Virus record (IMG/VR): IMGVR_UViG_3300030376_001980
Coordinates: 1 to 31,667 of that record
Strand: one strand, 5' to 3'
Source of the DNA: a virus
Taxonomy: Duplodnaviria > Caudoviricetes
DNA: 31,667 nucleotides
Positions 1-8,994 of the stretch are shown here, in pieces. Within the stretch, counting starts at the first letter, position 1. Every line of letters begins with the position of its first letter. Both the position numbers and the translations under genes were made by a program. The notes beneath the pieces were generated by a model that saw nothing but the letters and a program-made list of their open reading frames with translations, did not search any database and was not told where the DNA came from.

Positions 1-1051
1 CAAAAACCACATCAGCAGTGTTTATTATTCCCGATTGACTTACATCAGTCATATCAGGCACTCCAACCGCTGAAGTAGCGGCGGCGAATGAACCGATCAG
101 GACATCGCCATTAGTGCCAAGTGTCTTGATGATTCCTGATGGAAGAACCTGATTATGTGAAGTAGCAAAGGTGGTTTCAGCAAAGACATGCCCCGCTGTT
201 CCTGCATTGGTCCTAGCACCCAAAAAGATAGTCTGACCATCAGCACCACCAGTGAGGCTGGCGAGTCCAGTCGCATTTAATGTTATTAGGCTAGTAACAT
301 CGACTTTATTTGTTGAACCAAAGGCTTGAGCGGCCCAAATGTCTGTGCCACTATTTTTGATATTCAATGGATTCTCGGTCAATATGGTTGCACCTGAATA
401 ACTGTTAATGCTGGATAACTCTCCATCGCTTTTTGAAACCCAACCTCCAAGTGCATATTTCATCCACTTCAAAGTATGAGCATTTGATTCCATACTGCCG
501 CCGCCAAGCGTTTCACGGCCACTGGTCAGGACATTGATGTCACGGCCCATTCCGACTACATGCTGTTTCCTGACATCGATTTCAGGTTCAGGCAATCCAA
601 ATGTGTTTAACAAACCAATAAACCCGTCAGTCTTGACTTTGGATGCTGAATCTGTGCTTGATGAATCAATAGTAGGGCATCCAACGCTGTCGAGAGTAAA
701 AATATCTGACACTTTTGCGTTGCCCGTAGTAGCCATTGCAGGTTGGACATTGATCGTGTTAGATGAACAGTCATTTGCAGTAACATAATAGGTTCGGCGT
801 GTCGATGAATAGTCATCAGACGAATAGACATCTCCACCCGCTACACGAAGGACACATCCCACGAGAACATTGTCAGGGACTGAATTATGGAACCACGCAT
901 TGCTACCGTATGTAATCACGGAGGTATTTGGCAATGTAGCGTGTGCCGCCACCACCCAACCATTCGCCGTGTTGTTGCCTTCTAATCTCAATCCTGTTTC
1001 TTTGCCCCAAGATACTTCTGCTAAGTCACCCTTGAATACTGTATTTACCAT
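1..1051 (-). CDS. Putative major tail (tube) protein with inserted beta-rich domains, truncated by the window edge
   Basis: Not in the ORF track. My translation from ATG at 1051 (GGTGA RBS upstream) reads MVNTVFKGDLAEVSWGKETG...FIGLLNTFGLPEPEIDVRKQHVVGMGRDINVLTSGRETLGGGSMESNAHTLKWMKYALG, open for the ~210 codons I translated. It lies directly after the tail-completion gene. Confidence 0.65.
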   Translation of the reverse strand, partial: MVNTVFKGDLAEVSWGKETGLRLEGNNTANGWVVAAHATLPNTSVITYGSNAWFHNSVPDNVLVGCVLRVAGGDVYSSDDYSSTRRTYYVTANDCSSNTINVQPAMATTGNAKVSDIFTLDSVGCPTIDSSSTDSASKVKTDGFIGLLNTFGLPEPEIDVRKQHVVGMGRDINVLTSGRETLGGGSMESNAHTLKWMKYALGGWVSKSDGELSSINSYSGATILTENPLNIKNSGTDIWAAQAFGSTNKVDVTSLITLNATGLASLTGGADGQTIFLGARTNAGTAGHVFAETTFATSHNQVLPSGIIKTLGTNGDVLIGSFAAATSAVGVPDMTDVSQSGIINTADVVF

Positions 1052-1062
1052 CTTTCTTCACC

Positions 1063-1497
1063 TTATACTGCTACTAGCGGTTTGCTAAATGTTATCACTT
1101 CGGCCTGCATTGTGTAGCGAAACATGCGCTTGCTACGGTCAGACAAGTCCGTTCTCGTCTTGAAGATAACCCTGTCAAAGTTGATTCCATCCCCTTTTCG
1201 GTGAAGATGTAGTATCCGCCGAATCTCGTCACGAATCTTACTCAACCTCTCACGGCTCTTTACTGTTCGCACATCAATGGTCAAATTGATGTGTTCATTG
1301 ACGAAATCGAATAACAATTCAGGCTGTGCCTCATTGTGTGCTGTTTCAAAGACCCGCACTACATCTTTGTCTTGCATACGGACTCTTTTTCCTTCGCCGT
1401 GATCAAGAACGCTAATGTCCTCAATACTAGGTTTAGGGGAGATATTCCAGTTTGATTTTAGGATTTTTACGATTTCAACGATAGCGTCAGACATCAT
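1063..1497 (-). CDS. Putative tail completion/terminator protein
   Basis: 144 aa alpha/beta pattern (AIVEIVKILKSNW...LTIDVRT...RLSKIRDEIRRIL...FRYTMQAEV); size and position between adaptor and tail tube fit this role; GGAGG RBS. Confidence 0.55.
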   Translation of the reverse strand: MMSDAIVEIVKILKSNWNISPKPSIEDISVLDHGEGKRVRMQDKDVVRVFETAHNEAQPELLFDFVNEHINLTIDVRTVKSRERLSKIRDEIRRILHLHRKGDGINFDRVIFKTRTDLSDRSKRMFRYTMQAEVITFSKPLVAV

Positions 1498-1778
1498 AGC
1501 ACCTCCTTGTATAACTTTTCACGAAGGTGATTAAACTTCATTCTATGAGGGTTTGTATCCGCCTGAATATCAACAGTCGCCTGTATTTCCTCGTCGGACA
1601 TGTCAACCCCATCCAATTCAGCCATAAGAGTTTCACGCATAACTTGGCCATCTCGCCACTCTTTTTCGTTTGCGGGCAACTCTCTCGCACAAACACTGTA
1701 TTGTTCTGAAATCTCTTTGAGGTGCATTAGCCACTCTTCTGTCTTTGGGAATAGTCCGCTTGATGCCAAATCAACCAC
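1494..1778 (-). CDS. Hypothetical protein in the neck region
   Basis: 94-aa ORF overlapping both neighbours by a few bases, consistent with translational coupling. Confidence 0.65.
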   Translation of the reverse strand: MVDLASSGLFPKTEEWLMHLKEISEQYSVCARELPANEKEWRDGQVMRETLMAELDGVDMSDEEIQATVDIQADTNPHRMKFNHLREKLYKEVL

Positions 1779-3408
1779 CCATTCCCGCTACAATGATTCC
1801 TTCTTGGAATGGAACCAAGAGCCTCTTCGCTTCTTCATCTAGCCTTTGCACCTTTGCATTCAAGTCAATGTTTTGAGAACCTTCAGGGAACATTACTGAA
1901 TAGTCATCGCTCATCATAATGTCCATGCACACTAACTTGGTGCAGGCATCCTCGATCATCTTATCGACATACCTTTCACCAAACAGATATGAAACCTTTA
2001 GACTGTGGTTTTCAAAGAATGGGTATTGATTGTTGAACATAATTGCACCATTATCTTCCATTGACCACCAGTCTTTTTGGCGTTCTTCAGAAGTGGTGTC
2101 GCTATCAAAGCGGTATTGGGTTAATGTATCAGTCGCCGTGATGTTATCAGCAAATGTCCCCGACAGGTCAGTGACAATAGTGAATGTATTGCCTGAACGG
2201 GCGCATAAAGCAACATGATTTCCTGAACATACGATTCCATGCCCTAGTGTAAAGGTCCCTGCGTCAGCAACATCGAATGAGGTAACTGGTGTTCCAGTAG
2301 TGGATGAAACAGTGGTGGTTGCTGTATTCCCTAATGTGAATGTGAAGCAACTAGCGTTTGTTACACCAATGGTGGCATCATCGCCTTCATCAGTGGAACG
2401 CATACTGCTAATCATTATCTTACCATCACCATCATCACTATTAGCAGTAGCCAAAAACTCGTGACTGATGTTTAATGGTTTAGCGAGTCCATCAGAATCC
2501 GTTCCTTCAGTCAATGAACCTAATTGAATAGCGGCTTTTTCTGACGCATCGTCTTCGTTGATCAAACCGGCAATACCTTGAGCGATAGTCTTGATGCCGA
2601 AGTCTTTACTCCATTGAGTCGAACCAGCCCCCTGTTCTAAAGTGGCACTGGCATTGATATTACCGGGGCATAGAAATATCTTATCTGATGCTTGAATCTG
2701 CGTTGGGTTGGACACTTCGACTTTGATACGAGAGCAACCTAATTCACGATAGTAATCTCCCTGCCATACAGATAGTCTTAGCACTCTTTGCACAGCACGG
2801 TTCTTCAGATACACCGCACCAACATAGTCAGTATAGTATCTCCTGCGGTATGGTTTGAATGTGGTAAAGTTTTGATATTCATCACATACTAGGCGTGGCC
2901 TCCAAGCCATACGAGTTGTTTTGTCAATGTAGTCCTGCCTTAAACGAATAAGATTCTGAACATGTTGTTTACTCAAACCTCTCTCTTTGCTATTGCTTAT
3001 TGATGAGTTTGCTTGGACCACTCCGTTACTAGCGGTGGTATATGCAACTGCTGGGTCAACGGCGATCAGATTCACTTTGCCCCCACTGCCAGCGGACTTG
3101 ACTAACAATATAGTCACTGTTGAACCCATTGACTCAACATCATCATAGATGGTGATGCTATCTCCTTTTGAAAATCCCCAGCGTCTGTAATCAGGGCCGG
3201 TTACTGGAATCTGAATATAGGTTGTTGTTGCTTCTAAAGAAGCGTCAATAGCCGCACCTAATGCGGTTGATGTATCACCAGCCAAGTCAACTGGTTCAGG
3301 CAACGGCAATTGGAGATAGTCAGATACCTTCTGAACAGTTGTGTAAACTAATTCATCGGGATAAAGAGGTTGATTAGGCCGATGACCCGGATGAAACACT
3401 CTTGGCAT
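1771..3408 (-). CDS. Putative head-tail adaptor (gp6/gp15-like) with large insertions
   Basis: N-terminal YTTVQKVSDYL and helix VQNLIRLRQDYIDKTT; C-terminal LKVSYLFG...IEDACTKLVCMDI typical of adaptors; 545 aa; GGAGGGGG RBS. Confidence 0.6.
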   Translation of the reverse strand: MPRVFHPGHRPNQPLYPDELVYTTVQKVSDYLQLPLPEPVDLAGDTSTALGAAIDASLEATTTYIQIPVTGPDYRRWGFSKGDSITIYDDVESMGSTVTILLVKSAGSGGKVNLIAVDPAVAYTTASNGVVQANSSISNSKERGLSKQHVQNLIRLRQDYIDKTTRMAWRPRLVCDEYQNFTTFKPYRRRYYTDYVGAVYLKNRAVQRVLRLSVWQGDYYRELGCSRIKVEVSNPTQIQASDKIFLCPGNINASATLEQGAGSTQWSKDFGIKTIAQGIAGLINEDDASEKAAIQLGSLTEGTDSDGLAKPLNISHEFLATANSDDGDGKIMISSMRSTDEGDDATIGVTNASCFTFTLGNTATTTVSSTTGTPVTSFDVADAGTFTLGHGIVCSGNHVALCARSGNTFTIVTDLSGTFADNITATDTLTQYRFDSDTTSEERQKDWWSMEDNGAIMFNNQYPFFENHSLKVSYLFGERYVDKMIEDACTKLVCMDIMMSDDYSVMFPEGSQNIDLNAKVQRLDEEAKRLLVPFQEGIIVAGMGG

Positions 3409-3424
3409 ACATCAACCCCCCTCC

Positions 3425-3964
3425 TCAATATCCTTCGTCAGCCATATCTAAATGCTTTACTTTGCCTTTTTGACGACGCATTTGTTTAGTGTCTTGGCGT
3501 GCCGCCGCCTTTCTTCGTGAGCATAAACTCGGCTTCTCGCCAGCATTACAGTTTTCGGGTCCATCGCCCGGCATAGCACCGCACCCTCTAACCGAGCATG
3601 GCTGTGCCTTAGCAATAGTCCAACCAGTATGGAACGCTAAATCGAATGACTTCTTTGGGTAACAGTTTTCACATGCATTGCCGTCAGCATCTGTCCCATC
3701 TGAGCAATTCATACAATTCATATTCTTGTATGTCTTTTCATCACTCTTAGCAACTTTCTTCTTGCCATCCTCATCCATGTCCAATATATTAACGGCATTA
3801 GGTGAAGAATCCGTGACCTGCTTAGGAACGCCACACTTTTGGTTGCATTCCCTTTTCTGTGCTGGTGTGCATTCAGAATAATCGCAGTTGAAATGTTTCT
3901 GACAGTATGCGTTCTTTTCATCCATGTCGGCTCTCGCCTTCAAAATTAACTCATTTAGATTCAT
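3425..3964 (-). CDS. Cys-rich modular protein with ELILKA and AFHTGWTIAK motifs
   Basis: 179 aa, 13 Cys, shares motif with the genes at 26729-27770. Confidence 0.75.
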   Translation of the reverse strand: MNLNELILKARADMDEKNAYCQKHFNCDYSECTPAQKRECNQKCGVPKQVTDSSPNAVNILDMDEDGKKKVAKSDEKTYKNMNCMNCSDGTDADGNACENCYPKKSFDLAFHTGWTIAKAQPCSVRGCGAMPGDGPENCNAGEKPSLCSRRKAAARQDTKQMRRQKGKVKHLDMADEGY

Positions 3965-4302
3965 GCTATTTGCCTCGCTTTTGTATTATGATGGCTACCT
4001 AAATTGTAGTCCATAGGACCGCCACATACAGCACAGGAGGGAGTCCAGCAAAAGTGTAGCATCCCACAGTCCATGCATCTAGTGCCTGAACCAATGTTTT
4101 GGATGTCCATTCTTTCATTGCCTTTAATCTCCATTCGTATGTCGGTGGAATTGCGTGCCAACCATTCTTTGCTGAATGGGGCAATAGATTCGTGAACCGA
4201 AGAGTTATGAGAGTTTGCTACTTCTAGCATACGGCTTTTACGCCTCTTCTCGATTTCAAATGCTTCATCGAGATCGACAGTATCAACTGCTAATCTTCCC
4301 AT
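3961..4302 (-). CDS. Small zinc-ribbon protein
   Basis: CMDC...CAVC pair near the C-terminus; ATGA overlap with the next gene. Confidence 0.7.
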   Translation of the reverse strand: MGRLAVDTVDLDEAFEIEKRRKSRMLEVANSHNSSVHESIAPFSKEWLARNSTDIRMEIKGNERMDIQNIGSGTRCMDCGMLHFCWTPSCAVCGGPMDYNLGSHHNTKARQIA

Positions 4303-4316
4303 TTAGGCCAGCCCCT

Positions 4317-4679
4317 TCAGGCTCGCCCGCCGGTAATCATAATTCTCATGATGATGCCTGTTCCTGCGGCAACATCGCCGCTTAGGTCCAGTCCTGTTGC
4401 TTTAACAAGTCCAACATTTGCACCACCGCCATCAGCAGGGTCTGTTTGAACATAAGCATTGATTACTTTGTTTGTGCGGTCATAATTAAAGACATAGCCG
4501 CCAGTGTTTTCGATGTGAACCATATCAGGGTTCGCTACATAGGAGGTTGCGTCAAAGGTTGCGCCTGCCGCATCCCAAGTGCCGTCTGCTGTTGATGCAC
4601 TAAGAGATACAGTCAATCTGTTCCCCGATACATTGGTTCTGCCGTTCTGAATTACTACGAGGTCAGTCATTGCTATCAA
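4317..4679 (-). CDS. Putative virion structural/head decoration protein (start may be ATG at 4670)
   Basis: 120 aa, G/A/T-rich beta-type composition, downstream of the capsid gene. Confidence 0.55.
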   Translation of the reverse strand: MIAMTDLVVIQNGRTNVSGNRLTVSLSASTADGTWDAAGATFDATSYVANPDMVHIENTGGYVFNYDRTNKVINAYVQTDPADGGGANVGLVKATGLDLSGDVAAGTGIIMRIMITGGRA

Positions 4680-4712
4680 CCTTTTCAGTATGTCTTTCCT
4701 ATTAACACTAAC

Positions 4713-5303
4713 TCAAGAGTAATACACTATTATCTTGATCGGTCCTGTGTCGGTATGGAATGTATTGCTACTCAAAAATGATAACATAAACTTAACACTG
4801 CCCGCTACACGGCCAGTCCAAGGTTGAACCGACGAGATAACTCGGCTAGTGCCGCCTGCGTCAGCAACCTTTGGTGCTACTGGTGCAGACGAATGCCCTG
4901 AAACTCCTGTTCTAACGCTCAATGCGATGTCCATTGTTGTTCCATTCTGTGCCGCCCCTTCATTGGTTTGGAATTGATAATACGCTTGTCCTAGGCCAGT
5001 ATAATCAATACCGTCAATAGGTGTAAAATAATCTTCAGGCGCACCCGCAAGTGTCACTTCACTATTGATCATTTGGAATCGGCCTTTGTCAGTTTCAGCA
5101 TCGGTTTGGGTGGTTGCCATACAAGTGCCTAAATCCAATTTAATTGTATGGACTTCCCCGTTGAGAGGTATGGCTTCAGTTTCATACATAGGCATTGTCT
5201 TGTAATCAGCCGCTGGGATTTCAACAACTAAACGATTTACACGAGTCCTAGAAGCGTAACGACCATCACCGTCATTAATTGAATCATGGGTGATTACTGC
5301 CAC
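4713..5303 (-). CDS. Putative virion structural protein (beta-sandwich-like)
   Basis: ORF track gives 4713..5321; GTG at 5303 follows a GGAG RBS and abuts the upstream stop. Post-capsid position. Confidence 0.55.
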   Translation of the reverse strand: MAVITHDSINDGDGRYASRTRVNRLVVEIPAADYKTMPMYETEAIPLNGEVHTIKLDLGTCMATTQTDAETDKGRFQMINSEVTLAGAPEDYFTPIDGIDYTGLGQAYYQFQTNEGAAQNGTTMDIALSVRTGVSGHSSAPVAPKVADAGGTSRVISSVQPWTGRVAGSVKFMLSFLSSNTFHTDTGPIKIIVYYS

Positions 5304-5304
5304 T

Positions 5305-5766
5305 TCACTCAACTCCTGCAAGATATGCAGAAGCCTTCTCGGTTAAAGTTGCTTTGGTGTCCTTACTTATGGTGTGAATACCATTGGACCTGCACCACGA
5401 CATCATTTGCGCTCTTGACATGCTCTCACTAAACGGAGGGGATTCAACAGCGTCAATCATTGCTTGTGATTGTTCTGTAACAACTGGTGCTTCTTCAACA
5501 ACTTCAACGGCTTCTTCCACTACTGGTTCAACTGCATCTAGCATTGCTTTGGTTTTGTCCTCCGCTACTTCAGCGGATTCTGATACCTTCCACATTGATG
5601 CACCGTTTGCGATCATCGGTTGAATGATTGATTCGATGAATGAATCAGGGACATCATCCCGTGACTCGCCACGAGCAAAACCGTATGCACAAGGTAATGA
5701 GTTGTGCGTCAATTCAGCGTAAGGCCTTGCACCTGTGTAGGTTAGCGTTAGAGCCAACTTATCCAC
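5305..5766 (-). CDS. Hypothetical protein with acidic linker and C-terminal HeH/SAP-like domain
   Basis: C-terminus MSRAQMMSWCRSNGIHTISKDTKATLTEKA resembles the helix-extension-helix motifs common in post-capsid genes. Confidence 0.6.
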   Translation of the reverse strand: MDKLALTLTYTGARPYAELTHNSLPCAYGFARGESRDDVPDSFIESIIQPMIANGASMWKVSESAEVAEDKTKAMLDAVEPVVEEAVEVVEEAPVVTEQSQAMIDAVESPPFSESMSRAQMMSWCRSNGIHTISKDTKATLTEKASAYLAGVE

Positions 5767-5767
5767 C

Positions 5768-6160
5768 TCAACGGTATAGGATAGTTACACGGTGAATGTC
5801 GTCTGCTACTGCCGCATTGTTTGCTGTTGTGAATCCAGCAGTGTCACCATCTTGGGTGATCAATGTTGGAACATGTGCTTGGTTAGTCAAGTTGATAACT
5901 CCTAATACTGCGATAAGTGCGTTTCCTGAAACCTTTGATAGTCCTAATTCAGACATTAACCCTAGGTCAAAGGTGGTGATAGTGTTGTGTGCGGTGACTT
6001 TGAGGTCAACAACCAACATACAAGGTGCGCCTTCAGCATCCCCTGCGCCAACACCAGCAATGCCATCCAACCAAGCGGTTGATTCATTGTTGGTTCCAGC
6101 CCAAAGGCGTGTGTTCATTACAATACTGTTTCCTGTCGTTTCGATATTTGCGTTTGCCAT
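5768..6160 (-). CDS. Putative head decoration/structural protein
   Basis: 130 aa A/T/G-rich ORF immediately downstream of the major capsid gene. Confidence 0.55.
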   Translation of the reverse strand: MANANIETTGNSIVMNTRLWAGTNNESTAWLDGIAGVGAGDAEGAPCMLVVDLKVTAHNTITTFDLGLMSELGLSKVSGNALIAVLGVINLTNQAHVPTLITQDGDTAGFTTANNAAVADDIHRVTILYR

Positions 6161-6194
6161 AATTTCACTTCCTTAGAATAATCTCTCCATTGCT

Positions 6195-7364
6195 TCAAGC
6201 ACTTAGGTCCCTCACTTTACCGTGTGCGCCATAGAACAGTTGCCATAGGTTGCCCATTGTGTGGAACATTCCCATTTGACCTAATCGGTTGATACCGAAT
6301 GGATCACCTGTTTCAATACCTGACTCATGATAGAGAGTTGGTTTTGCTGTGCAGAAGTATGTGTAATCAGTGTCAAGGTAGTATAGACGGCTAATACCGG
6401 AACCACCTTCGCTGTAAACATCCTTAGATGGAATCAATGGGACACCGTTGTAAGTTGCTACAATGAATCCTGCTTCCATACCCGGAACACCCTTTACTCC
6501 ATTTACACCCGGAACGACCTTCTTCATTTCAGTAAATCGTTGCTGTGGTTGTAGGAGTTGTTGAATCTTCTCTAGTGTGTCATATCCAGTCATGATAACC
6601 TTTGGTTGACCACCTCTCTCCCAAATGTTACGGAACATTCCATCAAGGATGTTCAGTGTAAGTGGGCGTTCAGCACCAGCGGTTCCTGCATCGACATTCG
6701 CATCAGACCATACTTGGGTTGATGCTTCAGGTCTATCGATGTTGTATTGGTTGTGGTCGCCTGCCGCTACATCGGAGAAAGTTGAAGCCTTCTCGATCTT
6801 AGCAGATGAAGTAATACGGTCAATAGAATCAAAGTCGTTCAAAGTTGTGCTACGATACTGAATATCCTTTAGAAGCATCTTGTTAATGGTTTCAGCGTGG
6901 TGCTTTGCCATTTCCATCTTCATAACTGCACGAGCATCACCAAGACCATCATCCTTGTCAGCAAGGAACATTGCGGTTTCAGTGAGGTCAAATGTGTGAG
7001 CCACTGTGCGTGGTTTGTCATTGACATGCAAGAATGATGGCTTGCTTGTTTCAGGCAGTGTTGCGTTTTCAGGAACGCCGCCACCCTTAGATGCATCAGG
7101 CTTGTCAGTGACGACTCTCCATCCACTCTTTTCCCAAGGCTTCTTAGGCATTATACTGAATGCGTTAAACTCTTGATTTAGTTGTGACCAAACTTTTCGG
7201 CCAAAGATTGCCTGATATGTCCCGCTGGTGGTGGACATTAGTGGCGAATCAGCCTTCAATAGGTCTGTGCCGCTGTATGCCCATGCGTTGTTTCCTGCAC
7301 CTGCACCGTAGTATAGGCGTTCCATATCTTCAATTGTGCGTAAGTATCCTCTTGATCCACTCAT
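6195..7364 (-). CDS. Major capsid protein (HK97 fold)
   Basis: 389 aa after protease/scaffold; E-loop-like KKPWEKSGWRV...GGGVPENATLPE, long helix RAVMKMEMAKHHAETINKMLL, YNGVPLIPS and LYYLDTDY; GAGGAG RBS. Confidence 0.88.
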   Translation of the reverse strand: MSGSRGYLRTIEDMERLYYGAGAGNNAWAYSGTDLLKADSPLMSTTSGTYQAIFGRKVWSQLNQEFNAFSIMPKKPWEKSGWRVVTDKPDASKGGGVPENATLPETSKPSFLHVNDKPRTVAHTFDLTETAMFLADKDDGLGDARAVMKMEMAKHHAETINKMLLKDIQYRSTTLNDFDSIDRITSSAKIEKASTFSDVAAGDHNQYNIDRPEASTQVWSDANVDAGTAGAERPLTLNILDGMFRNIWERGGQPKVIMTGYDTLEKIQQLLQPQQRFTEMKKVVPGVNGVKGVPGMEAGFIVATYNGVPLIPSKDVYSEGGSGISRLYYLDTDYTYFCTAKPTLYHESGIETGDPFGINRLGQMGMFHTMGNLWQLFYGAHGKVRDLSA

Positions 7365-7394
7365 ATTAATCTCTCCTCAAATGTTTTGAAAGGA

Positions 7395-8726
7395 TTATTC
7401 TCCTCTCAAAGCCCTCCTTGCTAGGTCTTCAGCCGCAAGCCATCCGTCAACACCGTTGCCCATTGCCGCATACTCATCGTGAGTCGGGACACGGACAGAA
7501 GTGGTTGCTGGTTCAGCAACTACGGACTTCTGCAAACTTGAGTTTTCTTGCTTCAGGGAAGCAATTTCTGCTCGGAGTGAGTTTATTTGGCCGCCAAAGT
7601 CGTTAGCCTTTTGTATTGTCAATGCCTCTTCTGTTTCAGCATTGTAACGGTCTTTCCATTCTTTCTCAACTAGAGATTTGACAGCCTCTTCGTCACGGAT
7701 TGATGCATATGCACGGTATCCACGCTCTAGGGAGTCAGGTGAAAGATTCAAACCGGAACCGGACTTGATGACATTCTTATTGCCTGCTGGCGCATTCATT
7801 TTCATATTGCCAGTTTGCTTGATAACATTAGAATTGCCGCTAGCCGCTGGTAACGAAGGATAACTTGGTTCAGTTGCGGACTCTCCGCTTCCTTCAGCAT
7901 CTCCCTGTCCACGATGGCTGTATCCGCCACTGCCTTCTTGGAGGTATGCTTTCTCTAAACCGAAGTGACCACGCAATGCGTCTAGGTTTACTCCGCTCTC
8001 ATGTGCAAACTTTTCCAAAGTGTCAATGTATGCAACTGCACCATTGTCTTCAACTTGATCAGTCTTAACAACTTCTTCAGTTTCAGGTTCTTCTTCAATG
8101 TGTTTTAACACACGGCTTAGGCTATCTCTTATTTCCGTCAAGGTTTCGTTACTCATAGGGTTCACTTCACTTTCGTTATCCATTTTTAGGATTGTATATC
8201 GGGCCTCCGGGTTAATACCCTTCTTGCACAAGGTAATCTCGTGCAATTCCAAATCGGTTATTTCCCTGTGAGTCCCATGTTCAGGGGTTGTCTTGGTGAC
8301 ACGGAATAGTGCCTGACCACCGATGGAGAATGCTTTCAACTCGCCGCTTCGGACCTGCTTTTGGACCTCACGGGCTTTTTGGATGTCGTCACGAATGCGA
8401 CATACTACGAAAAGTCCATGTTCGTCAACTTCAGATTTCCAAACACGGCCTTCATTGTCAGTATAGTTATCAACAACTTCACCGACTTGAATACCACTGT
8501 GCGCTAATTGGACATTACGGAATGCTTTGTTGCCCATAAACTTGCCAAACGCCTTTGTTAATGCAGATGCTGGGATTCTATCTCCCTGCTTGTCAACCAT
8601 ATCCACGCTTGCATATCCTGCGATGAATAAGTCACTGCCGTCAGCGGCCTTTAGAATAAAGTCACTACCAACAGCCGAAAACCCGGAGGTTCGGATAGTT
8701 GGAGATGCCATAATCTTGGTCGCCAT
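7395..8726 (-). CDS. Prohead (capsid maturation) serine protease fused to a C-terminal scaffold region
   Basis: IAGYASVDMVDKQGD, candidate catalytic His in VQLAHS, candidate Ser in AFSIGG, HEITLC...INPEA; acidic coiled-coil C-terminal half; directly upstream of the capsid gene. Confidence 0.88.
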   Translation of the reverse strand: MATKIMASPTIRTSGFSAVGSDFILKAADGSDLFIAGYASVDMVDKQGDRIPASALTKAFGKFMGNKAFRNVQLAHSGIQVGEVVDNYTDNEGRVWKSEVDEHGLFVVCRIRDDIQKAREVQKQVRSGELKAFSIGGQALFRVTKTTPEHGTHREITDLELHEITLCKKGINPEARYTILKMDNESEVNPMSNETLTEIRDSLSRVLKHIEEEPETEEVVKTDQVEDNGAVAYIDTLEKFAHESGVNLDALRGHFGLEKAYLQEGSGGYSHRGQGDAEGSGESATEPSYPSLPAASGNSNVIKQTGNMKMNAPAGNKNVIKSGSGLNLSPDSLERGYRAYASIRDEEAVKSLVEKEWKDRYNAETEEALTIQKANDFGGQINSLRAEIASLKQENSSLQKSVVAEPATTSVRVPTHDEYAAMGNGVDGWLAAEDLARRALRGE

Positions 8727-8740
8727 GAAATCCGAGAATC

Positions 8741-8757
8741 ATGTCTTTCTATATGAA
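8741..8757 (-). promoter_or_regulatory. Putative archaeal-type TATA promoter for the protease-capsid operon (leaderless start)
   Basis: Minus strand TTCATATAGAAAGACAT; the TATA-like box ends 24 nt upstream of ATG 8726 and no RBS is evident. Confidence 0.4.
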
Positions 8758-8808
8758 GGGGTGGGTTCGTGAGTTGATCTAATATGCTAAACCCCCATCG
8801 GATGGATT

Positions 8809-8994
8809 ATGAGCGAGAATGTGCATGATTGTAGTTGTTGTGGAGGAGAGTTTGATGGTATAAATGGAAGACTGGCGTGGATTGGAGGGGTATTGATTGC
8901 TATATGCCCTTGGTGTTGTTCACCCATTAAGGAAATGTTCAAAACTGAAATTATAGAAGAATACCTAGAGGAACAGGCCGAATTAGGACATTAA
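8809..8994 (+). CDS. Small zinc-finger-like protein on the opposite strand
   Basis: 61 aa with CSCC...CPWCC; fills the only large gap between minus-strand genes and has an ATG start. Confidence 0.55.
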   Translation: MSENVHDCSCCGGEFDGINGRLAWIGGVLIAICPWCCSPIKEMFKTEIIEEYLEEQAELGH

